The translations under genes were made by a program, and so were the position numbers. Under the pieces are notes generated by a model. It saw nothing but the letters and a program-made list of their open reading frames with translations, had not been told where the DNA came from and ran no database searches. A stretch of 64,000 nucleotides of DNA from positions 6,173,741-6,237,740 of the forward strand of contig MU058636.1 of assembly GCA_013265495.1 (NCBI GenBank), given 5' to 3'. Origin of the DNA: Vicugna vicugna (Eukaryota). This document shows, piece by piece, positions 26,191 to 38,590 of the stretch (positions are counted from its first letter, which is position 1; every line of letters starts with the position of its first letter).

Positions 26191-26784
26191 TCAACAGAAC
26201 ACAGTGCAACAAATTATAAGGAGTTATTTGAACAAGCTGAACACAGTAGGATACAAGCAGAAAGTGACTTGATGTTTTTAGTCATTACTGCCTTTTAGAC
26301 TGCACTTTTGAATTTTTTTTTTAACCTTTATTCCCATATGTAGTCTTGGAGCGATCCTACAGCTTTTACAGCATTCTCAGGTACTAACAAATGGTGTGTG
26401 CTTGCGAAAATGAAAAGTGTAGACAAATCTACTATCAATAATTGATTCTGTCATTCAACAGAAAGCACAGGGGACTGGGGGCAGCAGGACTGAGCTGGAG
26501 TCAAGTCCACATGTGACATGGCTCCTATGGTTGAATCCTGGGGTCAAGGCCAATTGTGCCTGACCCCAGGCTGTCTCTTTCTTTTGTGGGGATGTGGTGT
26601 GGTCTTCAGAGAGCCACCCCGCCCTTCCTCTGCCACCTGAGCCATCTCATCATCATTCCCCGAACAAGCTAATCATCTCCCAGCTGCCCATGGATGACCC
26701 TTCACCCCGCTTCTGGCCACCCACCCAGCAGGCTCTTTCTCTGATTGTCACCTCGCCCCACAGATGGTCAACTCGACAGAAGTT

Positions 26785-27690
26785 TTTCAAAGCTTAAATT
26801 TTGGAATAGTTTTAGATTTACAGAAAAGTTGCCAAAATAGGAGTCCCCACTTTGCTCCCATCGAGTGTCCCCTACCGCTAACCTCTTACTTTGGCGTGGC
26901 ACATTTGGCGCAGCTGGTGAACCAGGATTTGTACTTTATGATTAAGTATGAAGTTTACGCTTTGTTCAGTTTCTGATTATTATTATTGTTATTGCCATTA
27001 TTACTCTTATTATTTACCTAATGTCCTCCAGGATCCCACATTATATTTGGTCCTCGTGTCTCCTCAGGCCCCCCTTTAGCTGTGACAGGTTCTCAGACTT
27101 TTCCTGGTTTTGATGAGTTTGGCAGTTTTGAGGAGCATTGGTCAGGCATCTCGGAGAACATCCTTACTGGAGATTTGTCTGATGTGCCTGTCCTGGCGCT
27201 GCGGAGGCAGACCGCACGCATAAAGCGCCGTTCTCATCACAGTGTATCACGTTGGCGTGTGGCCTTCATGGCCTTCGCTCTTGATACTGGCCTTGACCAA
27301 GTGGCTGAGGCAGTGCGTGTTTGGCTTCTCCGCTGGAAGGCTACTCTTTATGCACCCCCTTTCAGCACTATAGTTTTTGTTGTTGTTCTTGTTTATTACA
27401 TATTATTTATGTATTTATTCATTCATTCATTCATTCATTCGTTTATGTTTGTTTGGGGAGGGGAGGTAAGGGAGGTAATTAGGCTTATTTATTTACACAT
27501 TTAACTTATTTTAGTGGGAATCGAGCGCAGGCCCTTGTGCACGCTGAGCACACGCTCTACCACGGGGCTGTGCCCTCCCCCCAACACTGTAATTTTTGGA
27601 AGGGAGTTGCTGCGGGCAGCCCACACGGAGGGAGTGGGGAGTTAGGCTGCACCACGTGGAAGACACAGTAGCGACAGAAATTACATTTCA
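26785..27690 (-). mobile_element. L1MC-type 3' UTR, split by a younger SINE
   Basis: 'ttttggaatagttttagatttacagaaaagttg...gtgacaggttctcagacttttcctggttttgatga...gttttgaggagcattggtcagg...ccttgaccaagtggctgaggcagtg'; resumes after 27597. Confidence 0.85.
27379..27581 (-). mobile_element. tRNA-derived SINE of camelid type, with TSD
   Basis: Minus strand reads GGGGAGGGCACAGCCCCGTGGTAGAGCGTGTGCTCAGCGTGCACAAGGGCCTGCGCTCGATTCCC (A-box and B-box like), then AAATAAATAAGCCTAATTACCTCCC and a (GAAT)n/A-rich tail; flanked by a 16-bp imperfect TSD (27363-27378 / 27582-27597). Confidence 0.85.
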
Positions 27691-27805
27691 CACACACTTA
27701 GCTTCCGCTTAGGTGACCTGTCACTTACTGTTCCCTGAACTTGGGGCCTCCGCCCCAAGGCCGTAGGACGAGTTGCATTTAGAGTCTGGTTACACCGTCG
27801 CGGCT

Positions 27806-27978
27806 CAGAGGTTCTGAAAGCGTGGCCCTGCGCCTGCCGCACCGGCAGCCCCTGAGAATTTGCTGGAAATGCAGAGTCTCAGCCCCCATCCCAAACCCGC
27901 TGGATCAGAGCCCCGGGGCCCAGCAGTCTGTGTTTGACCAGGTCCAACACCGGAGTCTGCTGCAGGCTGAGCGCACTG
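27806..27978. mobile_element. MER5A (hAT-Charlie MITE)
   Basis: 'cagaggttctgaaagcgtggccc...gaatttgctggaaatgcagagtctcagccccatcccaaacc...gggcccagcagtctgtgtttgac...cactg'. Confidence 0.85.
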
Positions 27979-28444
27979 AAGTTAGCGGCCTCTGTGTGCT
28001 CTCCCCTGAACTTGACATTAAGCTCTTATAGACCCATTAAGACCCTCCGCCGGCCCAGCACATGACTTGACACAGCGTAGGAGCTCAAAAGTGAGCTTCA
28101 GTCTTATTCCGCATCATTCTCCGCCACTGGAACTGCACTGTCTTCCTTGCTGTGGGCATTGTTGGCGCCTTGCTGGTGTGGGGCCCTCGGTGCTTCCTCA
28201 TCTCTTACGCGATCCTGCAATTCTGCTCATACCTTTTACTAAAGTCTCTTTAGTTAAAACTTTCTGAGCACGCCCTCTGGTTTCTGTCAGAACCCTGACG
28301 GACACAACGCCCTCAGGGTATTTAATTTTGGTCAAAGACCACAAATGGAATACTTTTTCCAAAGAGGAAAATTGCTAATGATTTACTTTCAGGCTTTGGT
28401 CATTTGACGGTGGAGAACCTCTCAGCACTATTTTAAGGGAACAG

Positions 28445-28640
28445 CTGGATTTATTTCCTGTGTTCAGTGTGCCAGAACCATCTCCAGTCCGTTGTACGTT
28501 ATCCATTTGATTCTCACAATGATAATTGTGAGGTTTTATTATTTCGATTTTACTGGAAATCAAAGAGCAGAACTGCTGTGACTTGCATTAGATTATAAAG
28601 CTAGAAAAAGTGGGAGCAGCTGATAACAAAACTAGTGTCC
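28445..28640 (-). mobile_element. MIR SINE
   Basis: 'tgtgccagaacca...catttgattctcacaat...gtgagg...ttattatt...tttac...gtgacttgc...agctagaaaaagtgg'. Confidence 0.7.
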
Positions 28641-29625
28641 TTATTGTCCCTTTGCACAGGTGGCACTGCAGACACTACACAGGAGTGAGAGGCCAGTCAG
28701 GAGGCAGAGGGAGAAACCTTAGAGACACCTGGAATGCAGCCTCTGCTTCGTGGACCAGGGCCGAGAACTTCAGCAGAGGCCTGACATGCCACAGTGAAGG
28801 ATGGGCTGAGGAGAGAGATTAGAAGTCAAGGTTAAGGGCATGAGTGTCACAAAAAGTGTGTGTGTGCAGGATTAGGCTGTAAAGTCAGAAGGAGACTGGA
28901 TAGTATTGATAGATGAAGAGAAAGGACAAAAATCGACCCCACCGCAATTCAGTTTCAACAAAAGAGGCAGTTAGGAGAGACAAATGTAAGGGTGGGACCA
29001 GTTAACGTCGGGCGAGTGAGTGAGAGTGAGCTGATTCAGCCGCTCTCCCTGCGGGGCCCGTCTCCCGGGCCCGTTACCCCGGCCAGAGGGGGGCAGTCAC
29101 CACGCCACGACGGCGCATCCAGGGAAGGGACGACAGGCAGGGGTTTGACCATTCTCACACTAACTAACGGTACCTCTCCTCCTGAGAACAAATGCCAGCC
29201 GCCAAAATGGGAAGAGTGGATCTCAACTCGAAGTCTACACTGAGCACGGCAAGACTCTGCCTTCCATGACTAGTAGCCATAAGAACCTGCCTTGAAAATC
29301 ACCAGTTAGTGAGTGGTTCACATAACCATAGTAAATAAATGCCTGTTGAATAGGCGAGATGTGACTTGTAGCTAGATTGAAACATCACCTCCTCGATCAC
29401 AGGGGACAGTGATGGTGACACTTCGGCCCAACTCTGTGCTTTGTGCTGGGGAGGCTGTGGTCAAACAGCCCCGGGGGAGGTTATCACACTGCAGCAGGAG
29501 GGTCAGACAAGGTAGAAGTAAATTTTCAAACCAGAGCAGGTGCCGTAAAGGAAGTAAGACAGGACGGAGCACAGTACGGTAGACAGAGTCCTTGGAGGAA
29601 GAAACATTTCAGACTTAAAAGATTT

Positions 29626-29628
<3 letters not shown>

Positions 29629-29662
<34 letters not shown>
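29629..29662. repeat. (CA)n microsatellite
   Basis: Direct AC run. Confidence 0.95.
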
Positions 29663-29664
<2 letters not shown>

Positions 29665-32600
29665 CCACCCATTCAAAATAGACAAGCAGAGTTTTTCAGG
29701 TGGAGAGTGCAATTGGGGCACAAGCCTCGACCTGGGAAGGCTCCTGGCATCTTCAAGTCTGCGTGCGGAGCACAGAGTACAAGATGGGGAGGGCGGGAGG
29801 TGAGGCTGGAAAGAAGGGTCAGTTTGAGACTGCGTGTGCGCGCTGGGAGAGCCCTTGGCCGGCCTCCCCGCACCAGGACTCTGATTCCGTCTGGCCTGAG
29901 GCTCCGAGGTGGATGCTCTTTCCCTCCTTCGCTGGGAACCAGGTCCGGCTCCTGGCAGGCTGTTGGTGGCGCTCTCACTTGGCAGGTGCGGGCTCCCTTG
30001 ACTTCATAAATGCACAGCCTGTAGTCAAGAATTTCCAAATGTGATTAAAATGAAACTGCCATGGCAATCAGGTTTGGCGGCTCGTCTCTCTGGTGCTCAG
30101 AAGGAAGAGCGCCTCCCGGACCTGGCAGGGAGCTCAGTGACATGGTTTGGAATAGATTTAGGAAGGGCTGCCAGGTAGACAGGAGATTTCAACAACTGTG
30201 CAGCCAAATTAGTAATTAGAGGGACTGGGTACTGGGGACGCACCTTGGAAACCTTCTGACCTCTCAATAGTTGAAGTCATTGAGATAAACGAGCTCCGAA
30301 AACAGGGCTTCATTTGAGAAAGAGCACATACTTTATGACCGACGCCAGATGACCGCAGTCCCTGGAGGCTGACCGAACCCTGTTGATTGAAATCAGAAAA
30401 TGATAGCTTCTCAATAGCTTTTCTGGCCAGGTCAGCCCTTCAACATTTCAAAGGAGGGAAGAATTGGCTCCAAATGTCCTAGATCAGCAGGGAAAATACA
30501 TTTTCCTGAATTGCTTCAGTTTGGCTCCAAGGCCAGCAGACCAAATGGCTACAATTTCCTCCCTCTCTGGTTAGTGGTGCCATGGAAGAGATGGTTCCAG
30601 AACCATAAACACAGGTAATGCTTTAAGTAAACGGACTGTACCTGCTCATGAGAGTAATGACGGTCCACAGCCAAGGTGGCGGCAGCCCGCTTCCTCCGTG
30701 GCTGCTTTTAATTGAAACTGATGGAGCTGTGGAGCTGGCTGGGTTTTGCATAAATCATCATCGGTAACACACTTTCAAGGGTAATCACAACATTAATATA
30801 CCAAGCAGGAAGTGAAATAATTAAAATTTAGCACATTGCGGTATTGAAGTTTCCAAAATTAATCCGAAGCACCTTTCCTCTGGTACAAATGAGCAATCGC
30901 TTCCATCCATAGAAAGGGACGTTCAAAGAAATACGACATTACCTAGACCACCAGCAACAAAAGAAATTCCACTCTTCTTCCTATGTTGTAAATCATCTGT
31001 TTACATTTTAATTCCTTTTCCTTTCTTCTCTGGTAGTGCTTGGGCTTTTCTAAAAATTTTGTTTTATCTGCCTTTAAACTAAATATGTGTCATAAAGCCA
31101 TGAAGAATAGAAATCCTATAAATCTGGGAGTGTTGGAGAGAAAAACTGTTCCTTTATGATCCTGAGAAGACAATTCCAACGCAGAGAGTGAACGTGGGTA
31201 TGTATGATATCCTAGGTGACTAGGGTGATGAGCATCTCATTTCAATTCATCTGCATAGAAGGTAATACAACATACAGGCTGGATCCCATCGTGAGCCTCA
31301 GGGGTAAGATACTCAGTGGCACTAAAGGGCTTACCTGTTCTGTGGAGTAAGTACCTTTTATTCTCAGTGCTTTGAAAAGACGATAAGCAAAACACTCTTT
31401 GTTGTAGTATGTAATCGCACATGCAGACAGCTTGAGAACAGCAGTATTCGCAGAAGACCACGCCCTAGTGTTTCAAGACCAGGAGCACCTGGCCTAGAAG
31501 CACAAAAACAGCAATCATGGTTCTTCCCTTCACCAAGACACTGAGAAGGGGCTCCCTCCCATGAGCAAGATCCCTGGTACCCAGACAGCATCCCAGCTAA
31601 AAGCCAACCCTCCTTTGATTGTAAAACAAGGAAGGTCAGGCTTTATGCCTCTTCACTCACATTGGTGTTATTTCTTTTCATCTTCAGAATTAGGGATCTC
31701 CAAGTGTCTGGAGAAAAACAGGTAATGAATTCCCATCGCCCTTGTAAGAAAGACTTCAACAGGCAGTTTCATCTAGACTTTGTTGATGAGAACACACAAA
31801 CAAGACTTTCCAATAGAAGAATTTCAGACACTGGGGAAGGTGAATTAGTGGTGAGACGTGGGGTCGTGTCCTCAGTGCTTCTTCCATCACCGTGTTCAGA
31901 TCAGGCTTCCACTCACTCCGCCTGTGCGTGAAGCCAATGCTTGGTGCTTATCATCTGAAGCCGACCCTGCCACTTCCTATTAAAGAATCCTCTAGTGGGT
32001 TTGGTCACCCCAAGTGAAGGGTATGTGAGAATAGATGTAGAGAAAGGAGAACTGTCAATTAAGTCAGGTTTCTGAGGGTCACCTGGCCAGTGAGAACTCC
32101 CAGCAGACCAGAAAGCAGAAAAACTACTTCGTTTGGAAAATAGTAAAAACCTTCACCATTTTATTCCTTCCTTTTTGAAGGAAATTTCATTCTTGTATGT
32201 TCTAAGTGCCCCTCTTCCTGTTAATACTGGGGAGCCCAGATGCAAACAAGTCCCACTGAAATTCCATTGTCACAATAGGCACAAATTGATGCCAGCGTCC
32301 TTGATCAAAACTTCAGTATCCTCAAATGTTCCTCTGTCTCAGCTGGCACATATCCAGAAGCTGTTGCTTCTGTTAAATCTCCTGTCTCAACTTCCTGGCA
32401 ATTTCAGCGGGGAGAAAAATTTAGTTAACATAGATGCCTTCTATTCGCATCAAGTCAAAATACATTGAATGCAAAGTGAGAGGCAGAGAGGAAGGAGGGG
32501 GAGGGTGGAGGGGTGGGGGTGGGGAGGAGAGGACAGGGGAGCAAGGGACGGGGAGAAGGAGACCAAATCACAGTGGAAGCTGCACTCAGCTTCTCTAGGC

Positions 32601-33302
32601 AACATTACCACAAACATCCTCCCCATCATTCTCAGATGCTGCCCTGCAAGCCTGTGCTTACATCCCCAGTCACGCTGACTAACACACAGGAGAAGATACT
32701 GTATTTCTAAAACATGAATATTTGGTGCCAATGTAGCCAACTCTCAGAGTGGTTTTAAAGAAGAGTCTAGTTACTTCCCCTCCAAGAAATGTGCCAAGTG
32801 TCCTCTTTATAAATGACTGTGATGGTACAGCAAGAGACATTTGCTTCCCAATTTTATTTTGGTTTTAATCTTGTTGAATTTTGATAACTTTGTCATCAAG
32901 CATAATTAAGAAAATAATGTAATTATAGAGTACGTAGCCCAGGTGAAACTTAATTTTTGGACTCCCAGGAAATAAGCTCTAACAAGTAAAGGAGTGACTT
33001 GAAGGAAGAGCAGGAAACCATGTGTCATCCTTCTCTGATTTCGCAGTGATGCCATCTGCACTGGGCTGAATCCAAGCAAGCAAACAGCCAGCCAGGAGGC
33101 TGAACGCAGGAGCAGTGGGTTGCAGGCCGAGAAACATCTGGTCCCTGGAGTCACCAAGGCAATTCCAGAAAATGATGCGCCAGTGGACCTTCGGAGAACA
33201 CATGAAAAAAAGAAAGTTTAATATTTTCTCCTGCCGGCTGACCTTCCCTACGGTGGCTCTCTCTCACAAGAAGATATAAGGCATAGCCTGTAATAAAATA
33301 GG

Positions 33303-33637
33303 TGCTATGGACTGTTTGTGTCCCAGCAAAATTTGTGTGTTGGAATCTAATCCCCAGTGTAATGATATTTGGAGGTGGGGCCTTTGGTGATTAGGTTATA
33401 AGTGCAGAGCCTTCATGAATGGGGTTAGTGCTCTCATAAAAGAGACTCTAGAGAGATGCTGGCCTCTTCTCCCTTGAGAACTCGGCCACGTGAGGACCAG
33501 GAAGCAAGTGCTCATCAGACCCTCTGCCTGCCAGCACCTTGAACGTGGACCTTCCAGCCTCCAGGACTGAGAGAAGTAAAGGTCTGCTACTTCAGTCACC
33601 CGGCCTATGGTATTTGGTTACAACACCCGAACAGACA
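33303..33637 (+). mobile_element. MLT1A-type MaLR solo LTR
   Basis: Starts 'tgctatggactg...tgtccc...atttggaggtggggcctttgg'; contains 'gccagcaccttga...ggaccttccagcctccaggactgagaga'; ends 'ctatggtatttggttac...acagaca'. Confidence 0.92.
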
Positions 33638-34969
33638 CCAGTAACTAGGGCCGGAAAGTTCTCCAGTAGACAGTGTGTTACTTGAGAACAGGAACTGGCA
33701 CGACACATGACACGGAGCTACCGTCCAGTTTAATAAATGAGCTGACCTGCCAATTCTGGACCAACCAGGGACAGGACTGGGGACTGACTCCCACCTAGAG
33801 CAGACCCAGAGAGTACAGACAGCTCTGGGTCTTCCCTTCCTCCAAGCCAGGGAGTTTTAGAAGCTGATTCAGAGACCGAGCCCCAAAGTAGGCGGCTGGA
33901 CAGGGATGGGAACTGTGGGATCGCAGTCTATGTTTTGCCATCAGATAAAATTAACAGTTGCGCCAGCAGGTCAAGGAGTAATTCACTCCCGTTTGTGCCA
34001 CAGCATAGGTACAGGGAATACGGAAAAAGAGCAAGCAAAGTGCCCGGTGTCTTTGGAGCAGTCGCTGAAGGCTGCTCTTGTGGGATGCAGGTGAGTTCTT
34101 CTTTAGGTTTTGATCTTAGTTTCACCTCAAAAGGAAAATGCCTTTTTATTCGGCTTGTTTGCCATTTTAAAAGTCATTTTGTAAATATTTTATAATATTT
34201 AAGACAGTATATAATGAGGTCTCTATGCCTCTTGCAGCAGAAAATAATTAGTAATAGTTGGCAGTTAATGGCACTTTTCATCATTAAATCTCTTTGTAGA
34301 TATTAATTAAGGATAAGATACTTCATTTTTTTTTAAAGTTGCTGTTAGGCTCCTGTCACTGCATTTCGTGAATAGCAGTTGCAACGAGAGGTGAAATCTA
34401 TAGAATCCAAAATACGAATCTGCCGAAGTTTGGCCTGACAGGTAAAAATAAGCCTTTGTGTGTTTTCTGTTATACTTTGTCCCTTTGAATATGTTTGTAA
34501 GTAACCTTTATTCATGGCTCTATCTTAAAATCAGTTTTTTCTTTGGTTACAACTATTGTGATGTTATATTCAAAAGCAAGTATTTTATCAAGTATTTTGA
34601 ATTATTCAAACGTAAAACCTTCATGAACAAAGGCACCGAAAGGGCTCACGTGTGTGGAGAAACCTTCCAGCTGGCAAAGTCGGAGCAGCCCACTGCTTCC
34701 CTTCCCTGGAAAGCAGAGGTTCATTTTGCAAGAGAGGGGGTCCTGTCAGACTTCCTCGCTCCTCCTACCTACAGGGACAGGCATGTTCGCCTCCAGCCAA
34801 GCCTGCAGCCTTGTTTCAGGGTCCTCTTCTTCCAGAAGTCTCTCTCTCTCCATTTGTTTCTCATGTCCGGAATTTTTAAGATTAGCCTTTTATTACATAA
34901 TTTGAGACAATAAACATTGCCTCCTGCTTCTCATATAAAATAGTGGCCTGGAGGCCAGGCTCCTCCACA

Positions 34970-35960
34970 TTTTTCATTTCCATCCTCACCTGTGTTTTTC
35001 CTCCTTCGCTTCTGTCTCGGAGACTAGCTCCTGTCTCACCCAAGCTCACTCCTCCAGGAACACAGAGCATTTCCCTCTAATGCCTCCAGCAATGAGTTTC
35101 TTCTTCAAGTTTGTCATTAACATCTATCTCCCTGCTGGTTCCTTGCAAGAATCCTTTCAATGTAAACCATATCTGTTGTCTGCATCCCCGCTAGGCACCA
35201 TCTTCACGTTGGGCTTCCCACAAGACAAGCCTTCCACATGGGTAGCCTACATCTTTGTCTCCATTCCCTCTCCTCACATTCGTTCTTGAAATAATATCAA
35301 CTGCTTTGTGCTCCCACAACTTTGCATGCTGTGACCTTGCCATCTGTGAGGGAAACCAGCAATCACGTACCTGCCAGCTCCAGGAGGTGCCTTCCACTGA
35401 GCATCCCCTGCCTAGACTCCTTCAGTGTCTTTCTCTCCTGGTTCTCCACATACATGCTTAATCCTCCTTTTCAGTCTTCTGCAGGTTCTCAGCTCCCTGA
35501 ATGGTACTGTTTCCAAGGATTCTGCCCTGTGAGTTCCAATCGCTGTCCTCACCCTCTCTGAGGGACTCCACAAATCCCAGGCTACAACTGCACCTGCAGA
35601 CACAGGATGAACATGGTCTACCCCATTCTGCTGTTTTCCAGCACCCTGTTTCCTCTGCCCGGGGTCATTCATTCTTGGTCCGGACTCCTTATCAGTTTTT
35701 AAGACCCAGTTCAAGGAGAATTCTCAAATGCCCTTTCTTCTCGCCAACCCAACCTCCCCCAACCCTGACAGAATCAGTTGTTCCCTCCCTGAGCACTCCC
35801 AGAGTACCTGACATGTATTTGTGGATGTGTGAATAAAAGAGTGTGTGTGTGAGAGAGTGTGTATGTGTTAGTATGTCGCTACCTCAAGATTTGTCAAGGA
35901 AAGGGATTTCCAACTTTATTATCTTTGAATTCTCAGCACATGGAATGGTTGCGGTAAGTC
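34970..35960 (+). mobile_element. L2 LINE fragment(s), ORF2 remnant plus 3' end
   Basis: Pyrimidine-rich L2-like text ('ctctcctggttctccacatacatg...ttttcagtc', 'tttccaaggattctgccctg', 'atctttgaattctcagcac'). Confidence 0.65.
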
Positions 35961-36822
35961 AAACCAAGTTGACTGTTTCATATCAGAGGACAGGAGAGAA
36001 TAATAGTGTGGATTTGGCTCAAGGTTACTTTTTCTTTGTTTTACTGCCAACGCAGCTAATGAACAGTGCGAAGGTTATAAATCAGACAAGGATGTTGGGA
36101 GTGAATGTAGCTCCCCATTGCTTCTCTTGGTCTCACAGAGATAGGCCCAGTTTTTGGTGGTGTTGGCAGACCACACAAAGTGAGACATCTGCCATGTCAG
36201 AGAAGCTGAGAACTGTGAATTGTTCTTTTTTTTTATGTCCACAGCCATGGCAGCACCCAGAAATATCTTTCTACACTAAGATGAAAGTAACTTTGCATCT
36301 CAACTAACATTCAGCTTAATAGCCAGGATCTTTACCTCCAAATGCTGGCCGTGCCCGCACTAGGTCAGACTCCCCTTATCTGTACTTGTACCACAGGGCC
36401 GAGGAATTTTTACGTGTGTCTGTTTGTCAGTTTTTCATGGTCAGGAAAGGCCAGGCCTATATGATTTTCATCAATATTGAATGATGAGTTAGCAAATAAG
36501 TAAATGACCACCTGGTTGAAGTAACACATTGACTGTGCGATCCACTGCCCCGCCTCCCACGGACAGCGGGGGAGACTCAGACACTCTGGTGTGACTCGGG
36601 AAAGCTTCTCATCAGGCGTTGCCTGAAAGGAGCAGCGATCTGAGGTCGCCCAGGGACCCGAGTCCAAGAAGACGGATGGAGTTTGAGGACTGGTGTTTAC
36701 TTTTTGCCTCTCTCACTGATTCTGGTGTTACATTCTATTTTCAGGCTGTAGTCATGTGAATAATGACTTATAATTCCATTAAGAAACCCCCTTGCAAAGG
36801 ATTTAAGAATAGAAGGGATGAA

Positions 36823-36846
36823 TGTCTGTCTGTCTGTCTGTCTGTA
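36823..36846. repeat. (TCTG)n microsatellite
   Basis: 'tgtctgtctgtctgtctgtctgt'. Confidence 0.9.
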
Positions 36847-37249
36847 TATAAGTTCATTCAGAGAAACTCAATATTCATTCTGTATAAATTGAACTTTGTC
36901 TCCTAGCAATTCTATTTTCTATAGTGTCACTTTTGCATACAGAATGGCTGCAGAGCTACCAATAACTTCAGCAAAGATTTAATAACAACACGGCCGAGTC
37001 TCTAGAGATGCAGCAGAAATACAGTTATCTAAATAGCAAATGCTTACGAAGAGACTTCTAAGTGCCGAGGACTGTGGAAGAATGGTCTTTAGATTCCAGG
37101 GACCCACAAATGTGTTGATAAGGTAAAATACACGCACGTGAAACCTTAAGGGAGAGTATATTTAATCACGCTGTGAATTATGTGATTCAGATGAACTGCT
37201 ACAGAATAAGAATGATGTGCGAGCCCACCCTTGACCAGCACATTACTGA

Positions 37250-37352
37250 AGGAGCAGCAGACAGTTCTGGGTTTAAATTCTACCTCTGCCAGCTAACTTT
37301 AACCTTAGGCACGGCTTGTCTCCATCAGCCTGAGATTCCTAAACTGTAGGGG
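37250..37352 (+). mobile_element. MIR SINE fragment
   Basis: 'ctgggtttaaattctacctctgcca...accttaggca...gcctgagattcctaaactgta'. Confidence 0.7.
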
Positions 37353-37704
37353 CAATTCATGTAGTCCATTGATTTGACACTTCTGCACCCTCCAGAGTTT
37401 TCTCCCATGCAGTGTTGGCCTCAGTCAGAGTATGTGAGTTAATACGAATACATAAGCATTTAATTTGCTTATGATGATTATGACCAGATCAGAGAGATGC
37501 ACATCATCTCTTCCCAAGAGGTGCCTGTACACACAGGTGCAGTCCAACTCCTGTAGGCAAAACCCAAAGTCACCATCTTCAAGATCTGCTGCTTGTCTGT
37601 CATCCAAAGTCCTCCCAAACCTGTCCCTCAACCTTCTGCCAGCTTGGGAGCAAATGCGGCTACCCATTATTCCCCTCTGATTACTTTTTATTTTTCACTT
37701 GCAG

Positions 37705-38466
37705 GTTTAAAGTGATGACCAGGATGTGGAGCCAATCATGGGAAGACGGAAAGTGTTTCCTGGAGGAAGGAAGTCAAAGCTCGGAGGCAGAAACAAGTGG
37801 GATATGGTCAAGGGAGAGAAAGCAGGCCATTATATCTGGGACGCGGAGAGTGAGGGAGGCAGTGACGGCAAGTGGAGGGATGAGAGGTAGGCAGTGATCA
37901 GATCTGCAGACAAGTTAGGAAGTTTCCTCTAAGAGCAATACAAAGCCATGGGAGGTTTAAGCAGTGGGGCGACATGATTAGAGTCACAGTTTATTCTTAC
38001 CTTTGGATCTTTCGACGGGAGCAGAAATGGAAGCCTGGAACCAGTGGGGGAACTACTTCCACACTCTCAGCAGGAGGGGATGATATTTAGCCCGAGGTCA
38101 CGGCAATGGACTCTGAACAGAATGGAAAAACTCAACACATATTTAAAATACATTTCCAACAAGCGTGACACATGTCAGGAATGGAGAGGCCAGCATCGCT
38201 GGGAGATGAGGCAGGGGAAGAGGGATGGGAGGCTGAGGTCTGAGAAGGAAGCAGGGATCCTATGAAAACACCAAGCTGGGAATCTTGCTGTCACATTTGG
38301 CAGAATCTGCTGTCAAATGAGATGTGGAGACAAAAGGAAAGAGATGAGCCAGAGATGACATAGTTCCAAGTCCGTGGCCAGAGCAGCTTGGTAGCTGCTG
38401 GTACCTCTTACTGAGAAATGGAATAGACTTGGGGAGGTGGAATCCAGAGTTCTGTTTCGGACGTGA
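37705..38466 (-). mobile_element. L2 LINE fragment
   Basis: 'aagccatgggaggtttaagcagtggggcgacatgattaga...gagatgac...ccaag...cttactgagaaatgg...gagttctgtttcggacgtg'. Confidence 0.8.
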
Positions 38467-38469
38467 TAT

Positions 38470-38590
38470 GACCATAGTGCCTGCTTTGTATGACTGCTGG
38501 ACCAACTCAATGGCTGAATGCGTATAAAGCACTCTAGCCATGAACCCTGTACATGGTAAGAACTCAAAAAGCACTGATTGTTACTTTCAT
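38470..38590 (+). mobile_element. MIR 3' half
   Basis: 'atagtgcctgcttt...aatgcgtataaagcactctagc...ctgtacatggtaagaactcaa'. Confidence 0.65.

Noticed and set aside
27082..27504. 140-aa ORF with a hydrophobic, TM-like end
   Set aside because: Lies wholly in antisense L1MC plus the SINE (ATTC)n tail; the hydrophobicity comes from T-rich repeat sequence.
27510..27581. Possible tRNA gene
   Set aside because: A and B boxes are degenerate, the 3' acceptor stem is missing, and it is followed by a SINE body, A-rich tail and TSD.
29443..30009. Longest ORF (188 aa)
   Set aside because: Runs through a (CA)n microsatellite (THTHTH) and a GC-rich patch poor in stop codons; non-ATG start and no recognisable domain.
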